From: Candidatus Campbellbacteria bacterium
Lineage (GTDB): Bacteria > Patescibacteriota > Minisyncoccia > Phycocordibacterales > UBA1006
NCBI GenBank assembly: GCA_002698305.1
Contig: NZWR01000003.1
Location: 10,794-74,793 of the forward strand
Length of the DNA: 64,000 nt
Direction of reading: 5' to 3'
Under the pieces are notes generated by a model. That model did not search any database, had not been told where the DNA came from, and was given only the letters and a program-made list of their open reading frames with translations. The translations under genes and the position numbers were made by a program. Every line of letters begins with the position of its first letter. Positions within the stretch are counted from its first letter, which is position 1. Below, piece after piece: positions 1 through 10,175 of the stretch.

Positions 1-368
1 GCAATAGTTCCAAGAACATCATCAGCCTCATAGCCTTCAGCATCATAAGTTGGAATAGCCAATGCATCACAAATATCACGTGTTGGTGTAAATTGCAGTT
101 TCAAAGCGTCGTCAGTTTCAGAACGACCTCCCTTGTATGCCTCAAAGGCTTCATGGCGGAACGTTTTCCCTGGCAGGTCATAACATGCAACAATATGATC
201 AGGTTGAAACTCATCAATAATTTTCAATACCATTGTTCCAAATCCATAAATGGCACCTGTCGGTCTTCCGTCACTTGTCATAAAATCAGGCATAGCATGA
301 TAAGCGCGGTGAATAATAGCATGAGCATCAAGGAGCACGAGAAGTTCTTTCTTAGGAGTTTTTTTCAT
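1..368 (-). CDS. polA: DNA polymerase I, N-terminal 5'-3' exonuclease domain (runs off window start)
   Basis: Minus-strand translation from ATG 368: MKKTPKKELLVLLDAHAIIHRAYHAMPDFMTSDGRPTGAIYGF...FRHEAFEAYKGGR...GYEADDVLGTIA, classic 5'-3' exonuclease motifs. Not in the ORF track because it is truncated; could be a standalone exonuclease. Confidence 0.88.
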   Translation of the reverse strand, partial: MKKTPKKELLVLLDAHAIIHRAYHAMPDFMTSDGRPTGAIYGFGTMVLKIIDEFQPDHIVACYDLPGKTFRHEAFEAYKGGRSETDDALKLQFTPTRDICDALAIPTYDAEGYEADDVLGTI

Positions 369-420
369 ACGCTTATTATAGCACGCAGCATCTTCCCATA
401 TTAAAAGCCACATTACGTGA

Positions 421-864
421 CTATGTTATTTGTATGGCTCTCTCTTTTTGGTTTTCTGATAGCTGAAAAGACAGCGTTCTCGCTGCAGACCCCTGATCAA
501 CTCCCTCTACCATTTCGGGCCATTCGACAAGAATAAGAGTGTGCGGGTCTCTGAGATAGCTGTCCCATTTTAAATACTCAAGCTCGGATTTATTATTTAA
601 GCGATAGGCGTCAATATGCACGAGGCGCTGTATCCATGAATGATTGGTCTCCTGATATTCTTTCATAACAACAAAGGTAGGGCTTGTTACTGTTTCTTGA
701 ATACCTAAAACATGTGCAATTTTTTTTGCGAACGCTGTTTTACCTGAACCCAAGTCCCCCTTCAAAAAAAGCAGCTGTGCTGTAGGAGCCTTTTTCATCG
801 AACTCACACATTCTTTTGCCAATGCTTCTAGCTGATTAAGGTTTGAGATTTTTTTCTCTATCAT
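421..864 (-). CDS. tsaE: tRNA threonylcarbamoyladenosine biosynthesis ATPase TsaE
   Basis: GDLGSGKT P-loop, VTSPTF, HIDAYRL, LVEWPE. Start moved to 864 because the upstream frame overlaps a terminator and TATAGT-N6-ATG precedes 864. Confidence 0.95.
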   Translation of the reverse strand: MIEKKISNLNQLEALAKECVSSMKKAPTAQLLFLKGDLGSGKTAFAKKIAHVLGIQETVTSPTFVVMKEYQETNHSWIQRLVHIDAYRLNNKSELEYLKWDSYLRDPHTLILVEWPEMVEGVDQGSAARTLSFQLSENQKERAIQIT

Positions 865-876
865 ATAAATACTATA

Positions 877-909
877 CACAAAAAAACACCTTCGAGGTGT
901 TTTTTTGTG
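877..909. terminator. Bidirectional intrinsic terminator
   Basis: CACAAAAAAACACCT-tcg-AGGTGTTTTTTTGTG perfect stem directly after the 920..3949 gene. Confidence 0.85.
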
Positions 910-919
910 CACTTATTTA

Positions 920-3900
920 TTAACGGTTAGGTCGGTATGGTTCATAGTAATTTCCATTTCCTCCACCGTTTTGAGGTGCTGAATTTCCATAATTTTGAGG
1001 TGCTGCGTACGGTTGCGCTGGTGCTGCCGGTTGACCTGGTTGCATCGGCATTCCTGGTGCTGCGTATGGATTATAATTATTTGCATATGCTTGTGCTCGT
1101 AATTCCTCACGCTCTAGGTACAGCCATCGCGCTACCAAGAAGATAATGAAGAGCCCGAGAATAATCACCAACCATCCAAGGAAGGTAATATTTGCTAGTC
1201 CGAATACAGAAGCTGTTTGCCCTGCAATTCGAACACCATATTCATCGGTATCAAAATCAAGAGCATTTTCTTGTGCATCATTAATTGGATTATCGTAGGC
1301 CATTACTGCTTCTGCAGTAAAGAGATCGCCAACGTTTCCACTAACAACAACTGCAGATACTGTCATTTCTCCATTTTCACCTGCATCAAGATCATCAATG
1401 GTATACAGAACCACATTTCGGTCTGCATCAATTCGTCCACGTGAACTTGAAATTACCTGCATGTCGCTTGGGATTGTAATCTTCAAATCAAGATCATCAA
1501 GGTCAATTTGTGAAATATTTTCCCATTCAATAAGATAGGTTACATTTTCTCCTTCGGTAACAACCTCGCGGTTATCATCAATTTCAAGACGTACCAAAGA
1601 AAGCCCAAGACCAAGTGATGCTAGATCAATATCGTCATCATCATCGTCAACAATAATAATTGGTGGCTGTGAGATAACCACCCCTCCACTATTTGTAGTG
1701 AAACATTTTGTTGAACCTCGGTCTGTTCCAAACTGCGTATTAATCACGGCTCGGATACAGTAGTTTTGTCCCGCCGCAAGACTCGTAAAGCTGTGCGTAC
1801 ATGAACCAACTCCTGTTACGCTATAGGCTCTAGTTTGACTTCCTAGACTTGATGTTCGTCCGTATTCAAAGTAACACGATCCTGAACCACCATTAGCAGT
1901 ATAGGTTCCGTTGAGCGTAGCTGAGCTTGTTGTAATATTTGTTGGATTATCTGTAAGAATAAATGGAGATTGTCCGGTAGGAATAGTGCTTCCTTGTGTT
2001 CGGAATGTCCGTGTATTTCCACATTCATCTTCAGCACAGCCGCGGTACACGTAGGTAGTGTTTGGTGTAAGACCGGTTACCCGCGTACAGAACTGTCCTT
2101 CACGTCTGTCACGTGATGGTGTCTGCGTATAGCTTCCACCGTTTGATCGCCTGAATTCAATATATGTTTCAACTGAATCTCCACCGTCCTCAATAAGGTC
2201 AGCACACATTTCAGCTGTTGTTTGTGTAACGTTTCGCGGAAGTAATGTTTCGATTTCTAAATCATCATTATTATTTCCCCCATCATCATCGTCATCGGTT
2301 GTAAATTCCTCTACATTACCACACTCAAGTGTCTCACCATTATCGTCATATTCTACACAAATTCGATAGTAATATGTTTCATCTTCATCAAGACCATAAA
2401 CGTCATACGGGAAGTCATCGTCTCCGTCAAAATTACTTTCAACAATTGCTGCTTGCAGATCTTGTCCGTCTTCTTCAATGTCGGTAAACTCATTTTCATC
2501 CTCAACGTCTTCTACCTTATCTTCATCTTGTCCCCATACATAGAAAACGATTCCGTTATCAAAGTCGTTCATGTCAACACGTCCATTTAATTCTGCAGAA
2601 TCTTCGTCTACATCATCTTCATTAAGTGTTTCTGCATTGGGTTCATCATCTGATGGATCAGGGTTTCCCCCATCATCATCAGTCTCAAAACTTTTTAGGC
2701 TCCCTGAAGCAATTTGTCCCGAGAATCCCATTTCCTGGGCACACGCACGATAATAATAGGTTTGCTCTGAGGCAAGTCCTGTCCGCAGGTTATCAAAACT
2801 ATATTGTGCATTAAACGGTGCTTGACCTCCTGTAAAGAAGATAGGGGCTCCGGTATTACAGTTAGCGTCTGAGGTTGATGTTCCAAACACAAAGAAAAGT
2901 GATTGGGCCGTTCCCTCAATAAGAGTTCCATTCAGTCGTGCTGAATCTTGGTCGATATTTGTTGGGTTATCAGTTCGAACAATAAAATCACCTGGGTCGA
3001 CAATGACAACATCATCATCGGTTGTGAAGGTTCGGACACTTCCGTTAATACCATTATTAAGACATGCTCGGTATCGGTAGGTTGTTTCAGATTGTAATCC
3101 TGTTTCAGTTACGCTGAAATTTTGACCAGCATCATATGAACCTGATACATCAACACGTTGTGATGATGAAGAACAATTTGGATTTGTTCCAGTAGTAAGT
3201 GCGAACCATACTTGCTCATTATTTCCTTCAATCACTTCACCATTCAGTCGTGCTGAATCTTCATCAACATTTGTTGCTCCATTCGTTTGAACTTCTGGGT
3301 CCGGATCTGGATCAATGACAACCTCCGTGTTGGTGATTTTATACTTCACTGCGATTGAACCTTGTGCACACCAGCTTCCTCCTAGGGTCGCAAGATCACC
3401 AAGATACTGCCCTCCACTTGTAAATAAATTGCTGTTGGTATTTACATTGTAGTCGTAGGCTGCGGGACAGGTTACTCCTTGCTGAACGGTTCCTCCATGT
3501 TCATTTTGGATTTCTCCGTCAACGAATTCAATATCATATGAACCCGGTAAACCATTTACTGTCACGGAGTCCGTAATAGGATTTGCATTTTGTGCATTCA
3601 GCTTTGTCGTAAAGGTATAACTTGGATCATTATCAGAATCATCCTCAGTAAAGTAGATTCCTCGCGCATTGATGACATCTTCATTTGAATTTCGAAGTGC
3701 CATAAAGTCAGTAAAGACCGTAACATATCCGACGTCTCCTGGCTGATCAATATCAAGTGATACAGAGGTGTATTGCCCTCCACAATCAACACAGGTTTGC
3801 CCTGCTCCAGACTCAATAATTGAGGTAATCCCGATGTTTGCAGGACTTGGATTAGGGTCAAAACTTGCCGCATCTGCAAAAGCCGCTGTACCAAAAAGTA

Positions 3901-3949
3901 CTGCGAATACCGCAAAAGTTTTAAGTAGTTGTGTAAAAAAGTTTTTCAT
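920..3949 (-). CDS. Large surface protein: signal peptide, about 5 FN3-like repeats, DUF11-like Ig domain, C-terminal TM anchor and Pro/Gln-rich tail
   Basis: Signal peptide ending ADA; repeats (T..ATN....SA.LNG...GL...T.Y.YR.C....G....FTT); acidic linkers; EGENVTYLIEWEN...LKITIP DUF11-like segment; TM FLGWLVIILGLFIIFLVARWLY. Confidence 0.8.
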   Translation of the reverse strand: MKNFFTQLLKTFAVFAVLFGTAAFADAASFDPNPSPANIGITSIIESGAGQTCVDCGGQYTSVSLDIDQPGDVGYVTVFTDFMALRNSNEDVINARGIYFTEDDSDNDPSYTFTTKLNAQNANPITDSVTVNGLPGSYDIEFVDGEIQNEHGGTVQQGVTCPAAYDYNVNTNSNLFTSGGQYLGDLATLGGSWCAQGSIAVKYKITNTEVVIDPDPDPEVQTNGATNVDEDSARLNGEVIEGNNEQVWFALTTGTNPNCSSSSQRVDVSGSYDAGQNFSVTETGLQSETTYRYRACLNNGINGSVRTFTTDDDVVIVDPGDFIVRTDNPTNIDQDSARLNGTLIEGTAQSLFFVFGTSTSDANCNTGAPIFFTGGQAPFNAQYSFDNLRTGLASEQTYYYRACAQEMGFSGQIASGSLKSFETDDDGGNPDPSDDEPNAETLNEDDVDEDSAELNGRVDMNDFDNGIVFYVWGQDEDKVEDVEDENEFTDIEEDGQDLQAAIVESNFDGDDDFPYDVYGLDEDETYYYRICVEYDDNGETLECGNVEEFTTDDDDDGGNNNDDLEIETLLPRNVTQTTAEMCADLIEDGGDSVETYIEFRRSNGGSYTQTPSRDRREGQFCTRVTGLTPNTTYVYRGCAEDECGNTRTFRTQGSTIPTGQSPFILTDNPTNITTSSATLNGTYTANGGSGSCYFEYGRTSSLGSQTRAYSVTGVGSCTHSFTSLAAGQNYCIRAVINTQFGTDRGSTKCFTTNSGGVVISQPPIIIVDDDDDDIDLASLGLGLSLVRLEIDDNREVVTEGENVTYLIEWENISQIDLDDLDLKITIPSDMQVISSSRGRIDADRNVVLYTIDDLDAGENGEMTVSAVVVSGNVGDLFTAEAVMAYDNPINDAQENALDFDTDEYGVRIAGQTASVFGLANITFLGWLVIILGLFIIFLVARWLYLEREELRAQAYANNYNPYAAPGMPMQPGQPAAPAQPYAAPQNYGNSAPQNGGGNGNYYEPYRPNR

Positions 3950-4166
3950 AATAATGTAAATGATTTGTGTGAAATAAAAAATAATAATGTTCGACGTTAT
4001 ATATAAATAATATCATATTTAAATATATTGTCAAGTATTTTCATACTTCAGGAATCAATGGTTCGCATTAATTTCTGAATCATAAAAATATGTAATTGTT
4101 GCCCAGAGAGAGTGCAGACCCTCGCTATACAAAGTATAGCGTAGAATCTGCTCTTCTAGGGCTTTT

Positions 4167-5261
4167 TTAGCCTCCGCCAAATAATGATATTCGTATCCCG
4201 CCCGGACTACTGTTGTAATGTAGATTACCAAAACTTGAGCCACCAAAATTCGATGAGTTTTGATTAAGGTTAAAAATTAACCCAACATCATCACCCGGGT
4301 TATAGTCACCTGGACCTGGATCCTCATCCTCTGGAGTATTTGGATCAAAAGGGTCATCTCCTCCATTAGCTAAGGCGTCAATGCCATAGTAGGCTCCTGT
4401 CGATAACGCAGCACCTCCTAAAATAAATGCTCCTACTCTAGCTACAGATGGGCCTTCAAAACATCTTCGTGCTTTTCTTCTGTCAGGCCCATACGGAATG
4501 GTTCTTTCGTTAAAGGCTGTTCTCGAATCAGTTTGCTGCCATAAGCGGTAGGCTTCTGGGTACTTTTGTGCCCACATTGTCTGACAACTGTTTAGAATGT
4601 ACTGAGTGCGGTACTTAGTCGTTTCTACGGGAATATTTTTAGCATCAACTGCCAAATTCCCTGTCATTACCACCGGTTGTGTTCTAGAAACAGTAGGTGT
4701 TCCAAGTTCTGCTGGAGTATAGCGAATACCATTATCAAAATCTTTGTTTCCAGATTCATAGAATAATTGATTATCCTGATTCTGATTGTTTGGATTTTGG
4801 TATTCATATCCTGTTATCAGCGTACCTTCGCAGTTGTCGGTTACCGTAAAAGGTACTTTTCTCTTTATTGGGTTACCACATCCTGCCGGAGCCTCAAATC
4901 CATCGCTTAGCCTGGTTACTATCCAATGACCAAAATTGGTCTCTACAAGGAATGTTCCTTTTTCTCCTAAATAGTCATAGGTTTGGTTTCTCCCTCGTGA
5001 CAGATCCATATCAACCCACATTGCTGCTCCTGGACTACGTACCTGATATCCAGGGACGTTTTTCCAATCACCAACAAATTTGGCATCATATACATCTTCC
5101 ATAAGCGCAACCATAACAGGGTCTGATTTTCTCAGCTCTATATAATTAGCTCGTGAGGTCAAGTTTGCAGTGTTTTGGATTAGCTCGCTGCGGCAAATTT
5201 CCTGCGCTACTGCAGTGCCTGAAAAGACAATAATAAGTAGCAAAAATAGCATTTTTTTCAT
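4167..5261 (-). CDS. Secreted hypothetical protein (paralogue of 5409..6494)
   Basis: 364-aa ORF, signal peptide MKKMLFLLLIIVFSGTAVA|QE, own TTGACA promoter at 5312-5317. Confidence 0.8.
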   Translation of the reverse strand: MKKMLFLLLIIVFSGTAVAQEICRSELIQNTANLTSRANYIELRKSDPVMVALMEDVYDAKFVGDWKNVPGYQVRSPGAAMWVDMDLSRGRNQTYDYLGEKGTFLVETNFGHWIVTRLSDGFEAPAGCGNPIKRKVPFTVTDNCEGTLITGYEYQNPNNQNQDNQLFYESGNKDFDNGIRYTPAELGTPTVSRTQPVVMTGNLAVDAKNIPVETTKYRTQYILNSCQTMWAQKYPEAYRLWQQTDSRTAFNERTIPYGPDRRKARRCFEGPSVARVGAFILGGAALSTGAYYGIDALANGGDDPFDPNTPEDEDPGPGDYNPGDDVGLIFNLNQNSSNFGGSSFGNLHYNSSPGGIRISLFGGG

Positions 5262-5408
5262 TTTGTTTTGTTTATATGGTTTGTATAAAAAATATCAATA
5301 AATTATAGATTTGTCAATTAATTAGGCTCTTTATCCACAATTTCCACAAGTAAAAAACCAGCTTATTTCTAAGCTGGTTTAGGTGTTGCATCAAGCAATC
5401 ATTTAGTT

Positions 5409-6494
5409 TTACATACGACCACGAATTCGACTCGAGAGAATCCCCTGTCGTCGAGTGTTAATCGTTTGTCCACTGTAACTGCGCCCACTATTACCTACTC
5501 CTGGATCTGGACTAGCTGGGGTATTAATTCCTCCGCCAGTGTTACCACTATTGTTATTTCCAGAGCCACCAGTATTTGGATTACCATCCGTGTCTTCTCC
5601 AGCATCATACCCTCCGTCTTCTCCATCATATGGATCTTCATCCACTGGGGTGACAGGGTTATTTCTCGGATTTTCTACTGCATTTTTTACCGCCTGCCTT
5701 TTTGTTAAGAAGTATACACCTCCAACTAAAATAGCAGTTTTCAAGAAATCTTCAGCAAATTCAACACCACATCCGGCACGTTCTGATTTAGAAAGTTCAG
5801 GAATAAAAGCAATTGATTTATATTTTAGCTTGAGTTCTGCAAGGTCTCTATTGAAACCCTTCACTCCGCTAGAAATACCAAAAAGTTTGTTATCACAATT
5901 GTAATACTTTCGTTCAAGACGTCCATAAGCAATCATACCTGCCTCAAAATCCACATTAGGCTTTGATTCAATAATACGAACCTCGGTTTTTTCTATAATC
6001 CTTTCGTTGGTATAGCTTGGTCCACCTGTTCCAGTATTTGCTGGTCCAGGTTGGTAATAACCAGGATTATTGTTGTATGGTGTTGAATTATTGCCATTGT
6101 TTACGTGAGTAATTTGGGCAGTGTTTCCAACAAACTTGATATCAGCACCTCTGTTACCGCACTTAGCGATATACCAGATACTGCTACCTTTAAAGTTCCA
6201 TTTTTTGGCGCCGGGAAGATTAATCCAGTTTCGATTATGATTCGCATACTGACCTTCTGCAAATTTTACAAAAGCAGAAACATCAAGAATCTCTACGATA
6301 ACTGAGTGTGATTGGTTTCCAACAGTAATAGTATAGGTTCCAGCTTCGTGTATGTTTTTGTAAACATATTCAGAAATCTGACCTTCTACACCATTATTCC
6401 AATTTGCACCTTCGACAGGGCTTCCAATGCCATTTTGAGCATTTGAATGTAATGATAGTAACATTGCAGTTACAAAAATTATTAACGTTTTCAT
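5409..6494 (-). CDS. Secreted hypothetical protein (paralogue of 4167..5261)
   Basis: 361-aa ORF, signal peptide MKTLIIFVTAMLLSLHSNA|QN, promoter TTGACA at 6668-6673. Confidence 0.8.
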   Translation of the reverse strand: MKTLIIFVTAMLLSLHSNAQNGIGSPVEGANWNNGVEGQISEYVYKNIHEAGTYTITVGNQSHSVIVEILDVSAFVKFAEGQYANHNRNWINLPGAKKWNFKGSSIWYIAKCGNRGADIKFVGNTAQITHVNNGNNSTPYNNNPGYYQPGPANTGTGGPSYTNERIIEKTEVRIIESKPNVDFEAGMIAYGRLERKYYNCDNKLFGISSGVKGFNRDLAELKLKYKSIAFIPELSKSERAGCGVEFAEDFLKTAILVGGVYFLTKRQAVKNAVENPRNNPVTPVDEDPYDGEDGGYDAGEDTDGNPNTGGSGNNNSGNTGGGINTPASPDPGVGNSGRSYSGQTINTRRQGILSSRIRGRM

Positions 6495-6728
6495 TGTGTA
6501 AGAGATTTAAATTTAAATGAGATAGGCTATCTAACTCCACTCATCTCACAATCAATAAATATATAAAATGAGTGGAGCCAGGTAGATTTACGCATTGTAA
6601 ACCTCTTACTGAAAACAAATTGTAAAGAACTTGACTCCATAGTTAATATATCATTTAATTAATAATTTGTCAAGTCAAAAAGCCCTCTTCATTTCTGAAT
6701 AAGGGCTTTGCTGGGTTTATAAGCATTT

Positions 6729-7622
6729 TTAATATTGATTTTTAGGATCTTTTTTGACCTCTCTGTCTTTCCCGTAGAATTCATCCTTGATCTCTGGGCA
6801 AAACTCAATCTTGTCCAATGCTATTTGTGCAGTTACTTCATCTATTTCACGATACCCATTAGGTGCAGGTGAAATATACGTACCACCAGGGCCTCGTAAT
6901 AATCCAGACTCGTCAGCCCCGTACGTTTGCGCAGCTTCCAGATTATTAACGGTTAATAACCTCATATAATATCGCCCAACGTCACGACCTAATGGGTCGT
7001 TAAATTGGATTTTTTTATATGGTACTATTTGACCATTTTGGTTTCGCATTAAATATCCTGACCCTAAGGGAGCAAAATTAATGCGGGCGTACCCTTCAGG
7101 GTCTGGCCTGATATCATATCCAGATGAAGCACGTTCATTAGGGGTTGTTTCATCAAACATCAGCTTAGTCGGTGAATTTGGGACAGTTACTACTTCCCAA
7201 TCAACCGGTAGCTCTTTGTTATCTCCTGCAATAATCTCCCCGTTACTTCCTCTTACGTATTTAAGTGGGTACGAAACAGTAATAACGCGGGGTACCCCTG
7301 GCGCAATCTCACCGCTCGTTGCGGTAATGCTTCCATCTTGATTAGGTTCAACTGTTTTACGGACAATATCGGGAACAATATCGCCGTTTTCAACGCGTAG
7401 ATTGTCCTTTTGTGTAAACGTAAAGCCGGTGCTGTTACTGACATCGCATTGGGTCAAAATCGGCGCAAGAAATTCTTGTTCGATAGTCGACGTTGTCAAA
7501 ATGTATTCAGTACAGTTATCTTCCTGTGGTAGCTCATTTGAAACAACTACTGATTTTGTAGGGTTACACGAGATACCAACAAGAAGTACTAGTAGGGCGA
7601 AAAAATTACCTATATTTTTCAT
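6729..7622 (-). CDS. Putative lipoprotein, unknown function
   Basis: 297-aa ORF with lipobox-like LLVGIS|CNPTK; promoter TTGACA(7681-7686)-N16-TATATT. Confidence 0.7.
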   Translation of the reverse strand: MKNIGNFFALLVLLVGISCNPTKSVVVSNELPQEDNCTEYILTTSTIEQEFLAPILTQCDVSNSTGFTFTQKDNLRVENGDIVPDIVRKTVEPNQDGSITATSGEIAPGVPRVITVSYPLKYVRGSNGEIIAGDNKELPVDWEVVTVPNSPTKLMFDETTPNERASSGYDIRPDPEGYARINFAPLGSGYLMRNQNGQIVPYKKIQFNDPLGRDVGRYYMRLLTVNNLEAAQTYGADESGLLRGPGGTYISPAPNGYREIDEVTAQIALDKIEFCPEIKDEFYGKDREVKKDPKNQY

Positions 7623-7755
7623 TATTTATTGTTTTAAAGTTAATTCTATTTTGTATAGAATATACCAAAAATTATTAACTTGTCAATATCTTTATTTGTA
7701 ATTTTTGTTCGTTGGGGATTACTAAAACATTCTTGTGAGAAAAGAAAAAACTGCT

Positions 7756-9924
7756 CTATGCAGTTTTTTCTTTACTTAAGATATCATGATACTCAACTCC
7801 CTCTCGAATTCTCCGTAAGCCTTTCTCGGCACTCGCGCTACTATCATCTGATTGTTGTTGGTGTAGTGTCTCTGCATGAGCATGTAAGTCTTTAAAATGT
7901 TTATGGGTTTGAGCGAAGTTGTTATCTTCTTCAAAAACTTCTGGAGCATTCTGGCTTTTTAATAAATGAAGGATAGTGTTCTGAACTTTCCTAATATCAT
8001 TTGTCACGTTATTTTCAGGATTGACTGCCTGGTCATGCTCGAGCCTCTTAAGGTAATCTACCAAGAGTGATATTTCAACGCTTTTAGGCGACATCAAGGC
8101 GTCAGGATTCATTTTTTGTGGCGCTATAATGCTCTCTGGTTGGTCCTGATGCTTGTCATTATTCTGAGTTTCTTTTGCAGAATTCTCCTCAGCAAGTGAG
8201 GCTTCTTTTTTTGCTTGAGTAGACGAAGCCTCTTTAATTTCAAGATCAACTACTTTGGCAACTTCTTCTAGGGTAGTAATTTGATTTACAATTTTAATCA
8301 CTCCATCTTCTGCCATGTTAAGCAGTCCCTGTTTTTCTGCGACGCGACGCACATCTTGTTCTGAAGGGTTTTTATTAAGCAGTTCCTCAATAGATTCATC
8401 GGTAATGATTGCTTCAAAAATTCCCATGCGGCCCTTATACCCTGTCTGATTACACACCTCACAACCAACAGGTTCCGCCAAGGTAATCTCTTGATCAGAA
8501 GAAACACCATATTCATGTAATGGTTTACTGTTGTTTTCAGCTCTTCGCAGAACAGAACGTAGGATCATTTGCTCTTCTTCAGTTGCTGGTCGTTTTTTAT
8601 GACAATTTTCACACACCTTTCGAACCAGTCGCTGCGCGAGGGATACAGTTAAGGCTGCTGCAAGAATTTGTGGTGAGACCCCAAGATCAATCAACCGTGG
8701 AATAACCCCAGCCGCTCCATTGGTATGGAGTGTTGAAAGCACAAGGTGACCAGTCAATGAAGCATTTACTGCAATTGAAGCTGTTTCAGCATCACGAATC
8801 TCTCCCACCATAACAATATCAGGATCCTGCCTGAGTGCGGCACGTAACCCAGAAAGAAAATCATATCCCCGGCTTCTATTTACTTGTGTTTGGCTGATAC
8901 CATCAAGATGGTATTCAATAGGATCTTCAATGGTTAGAATTTTTACTTCGGGGTTATACACCTTATTCATAAATGAATAGAGGGTTGTTGTTTTACCTGA
9001 ACCTGTCGGTCCTGTGGTCAAGATCATCCCGTTTGGTTTTTTAATTTCTTTAAGGAGAATTTCATAGAGCTTTGGCTCAATACCTAACTTTTCAAGACCT
9101 ACCTTGATTCCATCTGGATTCAAAATACGCATTACAAATGATTCACCATACGCGCTTGGAATCACTGATACACGCACCTCAATTTCCTTGCCGTCATAAT
9201 CAATGGTAAATCGTCCATCTTGGGCGTTACTGTTTTGCGTCAGTTTCATATTTGAAATCAGCTTAATTCGCGAAAGAAGTTTTTTATAGTCTTCGTGCGT
9301 CATTGTTGCAATATCTTGCAAAACTCCATCCTGCCGGAACCGTAGGCGCACAACTTCATCCTGAGCTTCAATATGAACGTCAGATGATCCAGTCGCAATT
9401 GCTCCAGCAAAAATAATCTCCATGATTTGCGTTGTTTTCTTCTGGCTATCATCAGCAAAAACCGCATTCATTTCATTTTGGATATCAGTATTTGAATTAA
9501 TATTTTCACTTAGTTTTTTGAGTTCAGCTTCTGAAATATCAAGCATTCCCCCTTCTGACTCAGTGGTTTTAGAAATATCTTGATATCGATCCCATGCTTT
9601 CTCTAAGCTCTTGGTTGATGCCATATGGACACCGAGGTTATATTTCTTTTCAAGCTTTTCAATGACTCGTTTTGTGTCTGGAAGATTAGGTGACTTAACT
9701 GCTACATACAAATCCTTTCCTACAATCTTAAAAGGAGCGATGAGTGCATGACGAGCATCACTTTCATCAATGACCGATAAGGCATCGGTTTCAACAGGGG
9801 TCCCTGACAAATCAATATACGGAAGCTTGAATTTTTCTGCGATTCGCTCAACAAACGATTCCTCTTCTTTGTGGCGAATTTCTGCGATTCTTTTATTTTG
9901 ACCTTTGTTATCAAAGTTTGGCAT
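7756..9924 (-). CDS. pilB: Type IV pilus/T2SS assembly ATPase (PilB/GspE family) with C-terminal extension
   Basis: SDVHIE, RFRQDGVL, GPTGSGKTTTLY, TIEDPIEY, LRQDPDIVMVGEIRD, TGHLVLSTLHTN, Cys pairs CENC/CEVC, GYKGRMGIFE. Confidence 0.92.
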   Translation of the reverse strand: MPNFDNKGQNKRIAEIRHKEEESFVERIAEKFKLPYIDLSGTPVETDALSVIDESDARHALIAPFKIVGKDLYVAVKSPNLPDTKRVIEKLEKKYNLGVHMASTKSLEKAWDRYQDISKTTESEGGMLDISEAELKKLSENINSNTDIQNEMNAVFADDSQKKTTQIMEIIFAGAIATGSSDVHIEAQDEVVRLRFRQDGVLQDIATMTHEDYKKLLSRIKLISNMKLTQNSNAQDGRFTIDYDGKEIEVRVSVIPSAYGESFVMRILNPDGIKVGLEKLGIEPKLYEILLKEIKKPNGMILTTGPTGSGKTTTLYSFMNKVYNPEVKILTIEDPIEYHLDGISQTQVNRSRGYDFLSGLRAALRQDPDIVMVGEIRDAETASIAVNASLTGHLVLSTLHTNGAAGVIPRLIDLGVSPQILAAALTVSLAQRLVRKVCENCHKKRPATEEEQMILRSVLRRAENNSKPLHEYGVSSDQEITLAEPVGCEVCNQTGYKGRMGIFEAIITDESIEELLNKNPSEQDVRRVAEKQGLLNMAEDGVIKIVNQITTLEEVAKVVDLEIKEASSTQAKKEASLAEENSAKETQNNDKHQDQPESIIAPQKMNPDALMSPKSVEISLLVDYLKRLEHDQAVNPENNVTNDIRKVQNTILHLLKSQNAPEVFEEDNNFAQTHKHFKDLHAHAETLHQQQSDDSSASAEKGLRRIREGVEYHDILSKEKTA

Positions 9925-9979
9925 AGATACCCTAGTATACCTTAGGAGGTGTTTAAAATCATCACCTTTATTTTTAAAA

Positions 9980-10010
9980 AAAAGAAACCACGTATTACGT
10001 GGTTTCTTTT
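9980..10010 (-). terminator. Intrinsic terminator closing the putative 6S RNA
   Basis: AAAAGAAACCACGT-att-ACGTGGTTTCTTTT with a long A run to the left (U tract on the minus strand). Confidence 0.85.
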
Positions 10011-10012
10011 AC

Positions 10013-10175
10013 TTAAGTGCATTCACCTCTAAACAGGTCAGATAAAAACTTTAAAAAAGGATGACAAGACTTCAACGAGATCATCAGTATGACTGCTACT
10101 AAGGCAGGTACCAATGAATCCTATCCGCAGTGCCAAATTCGCGAGATCTGATTGTTTAGATGTGAATGAACTTAA
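10013..10175 (-). ncRNA. ssrS: Putative 6S RNA (long hairpin with central bubble)
   Basis: About 30-bp imperfect closing stem (10013-10043 with 10146-10175), central unpaired bubble and apical stems. Promoter TTGACA(10208-10213)-N17-TATATT upstream and terminator downstream; no ORF in the track. Confidence 0.65.

Noticed and set aside
93..404. Plus-strand 103-aa ORF
   Set aside because: Shadow of polA on the minus strand.
4101..4166. Long branched hairpin after the 4167 gene as a riboswitch
   Set aside because: Lies 3' of a gene and upstream of the next gene's own promoter; most simply a terminator or stability stem.
10013..10175. SRP RNA, tmRNA or RNase P RNA as the identity of the long hairpin
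   Set aside because: No SRP domain-IV motif, no tRNA-like ends, and too short and simple for RNase P RNA.
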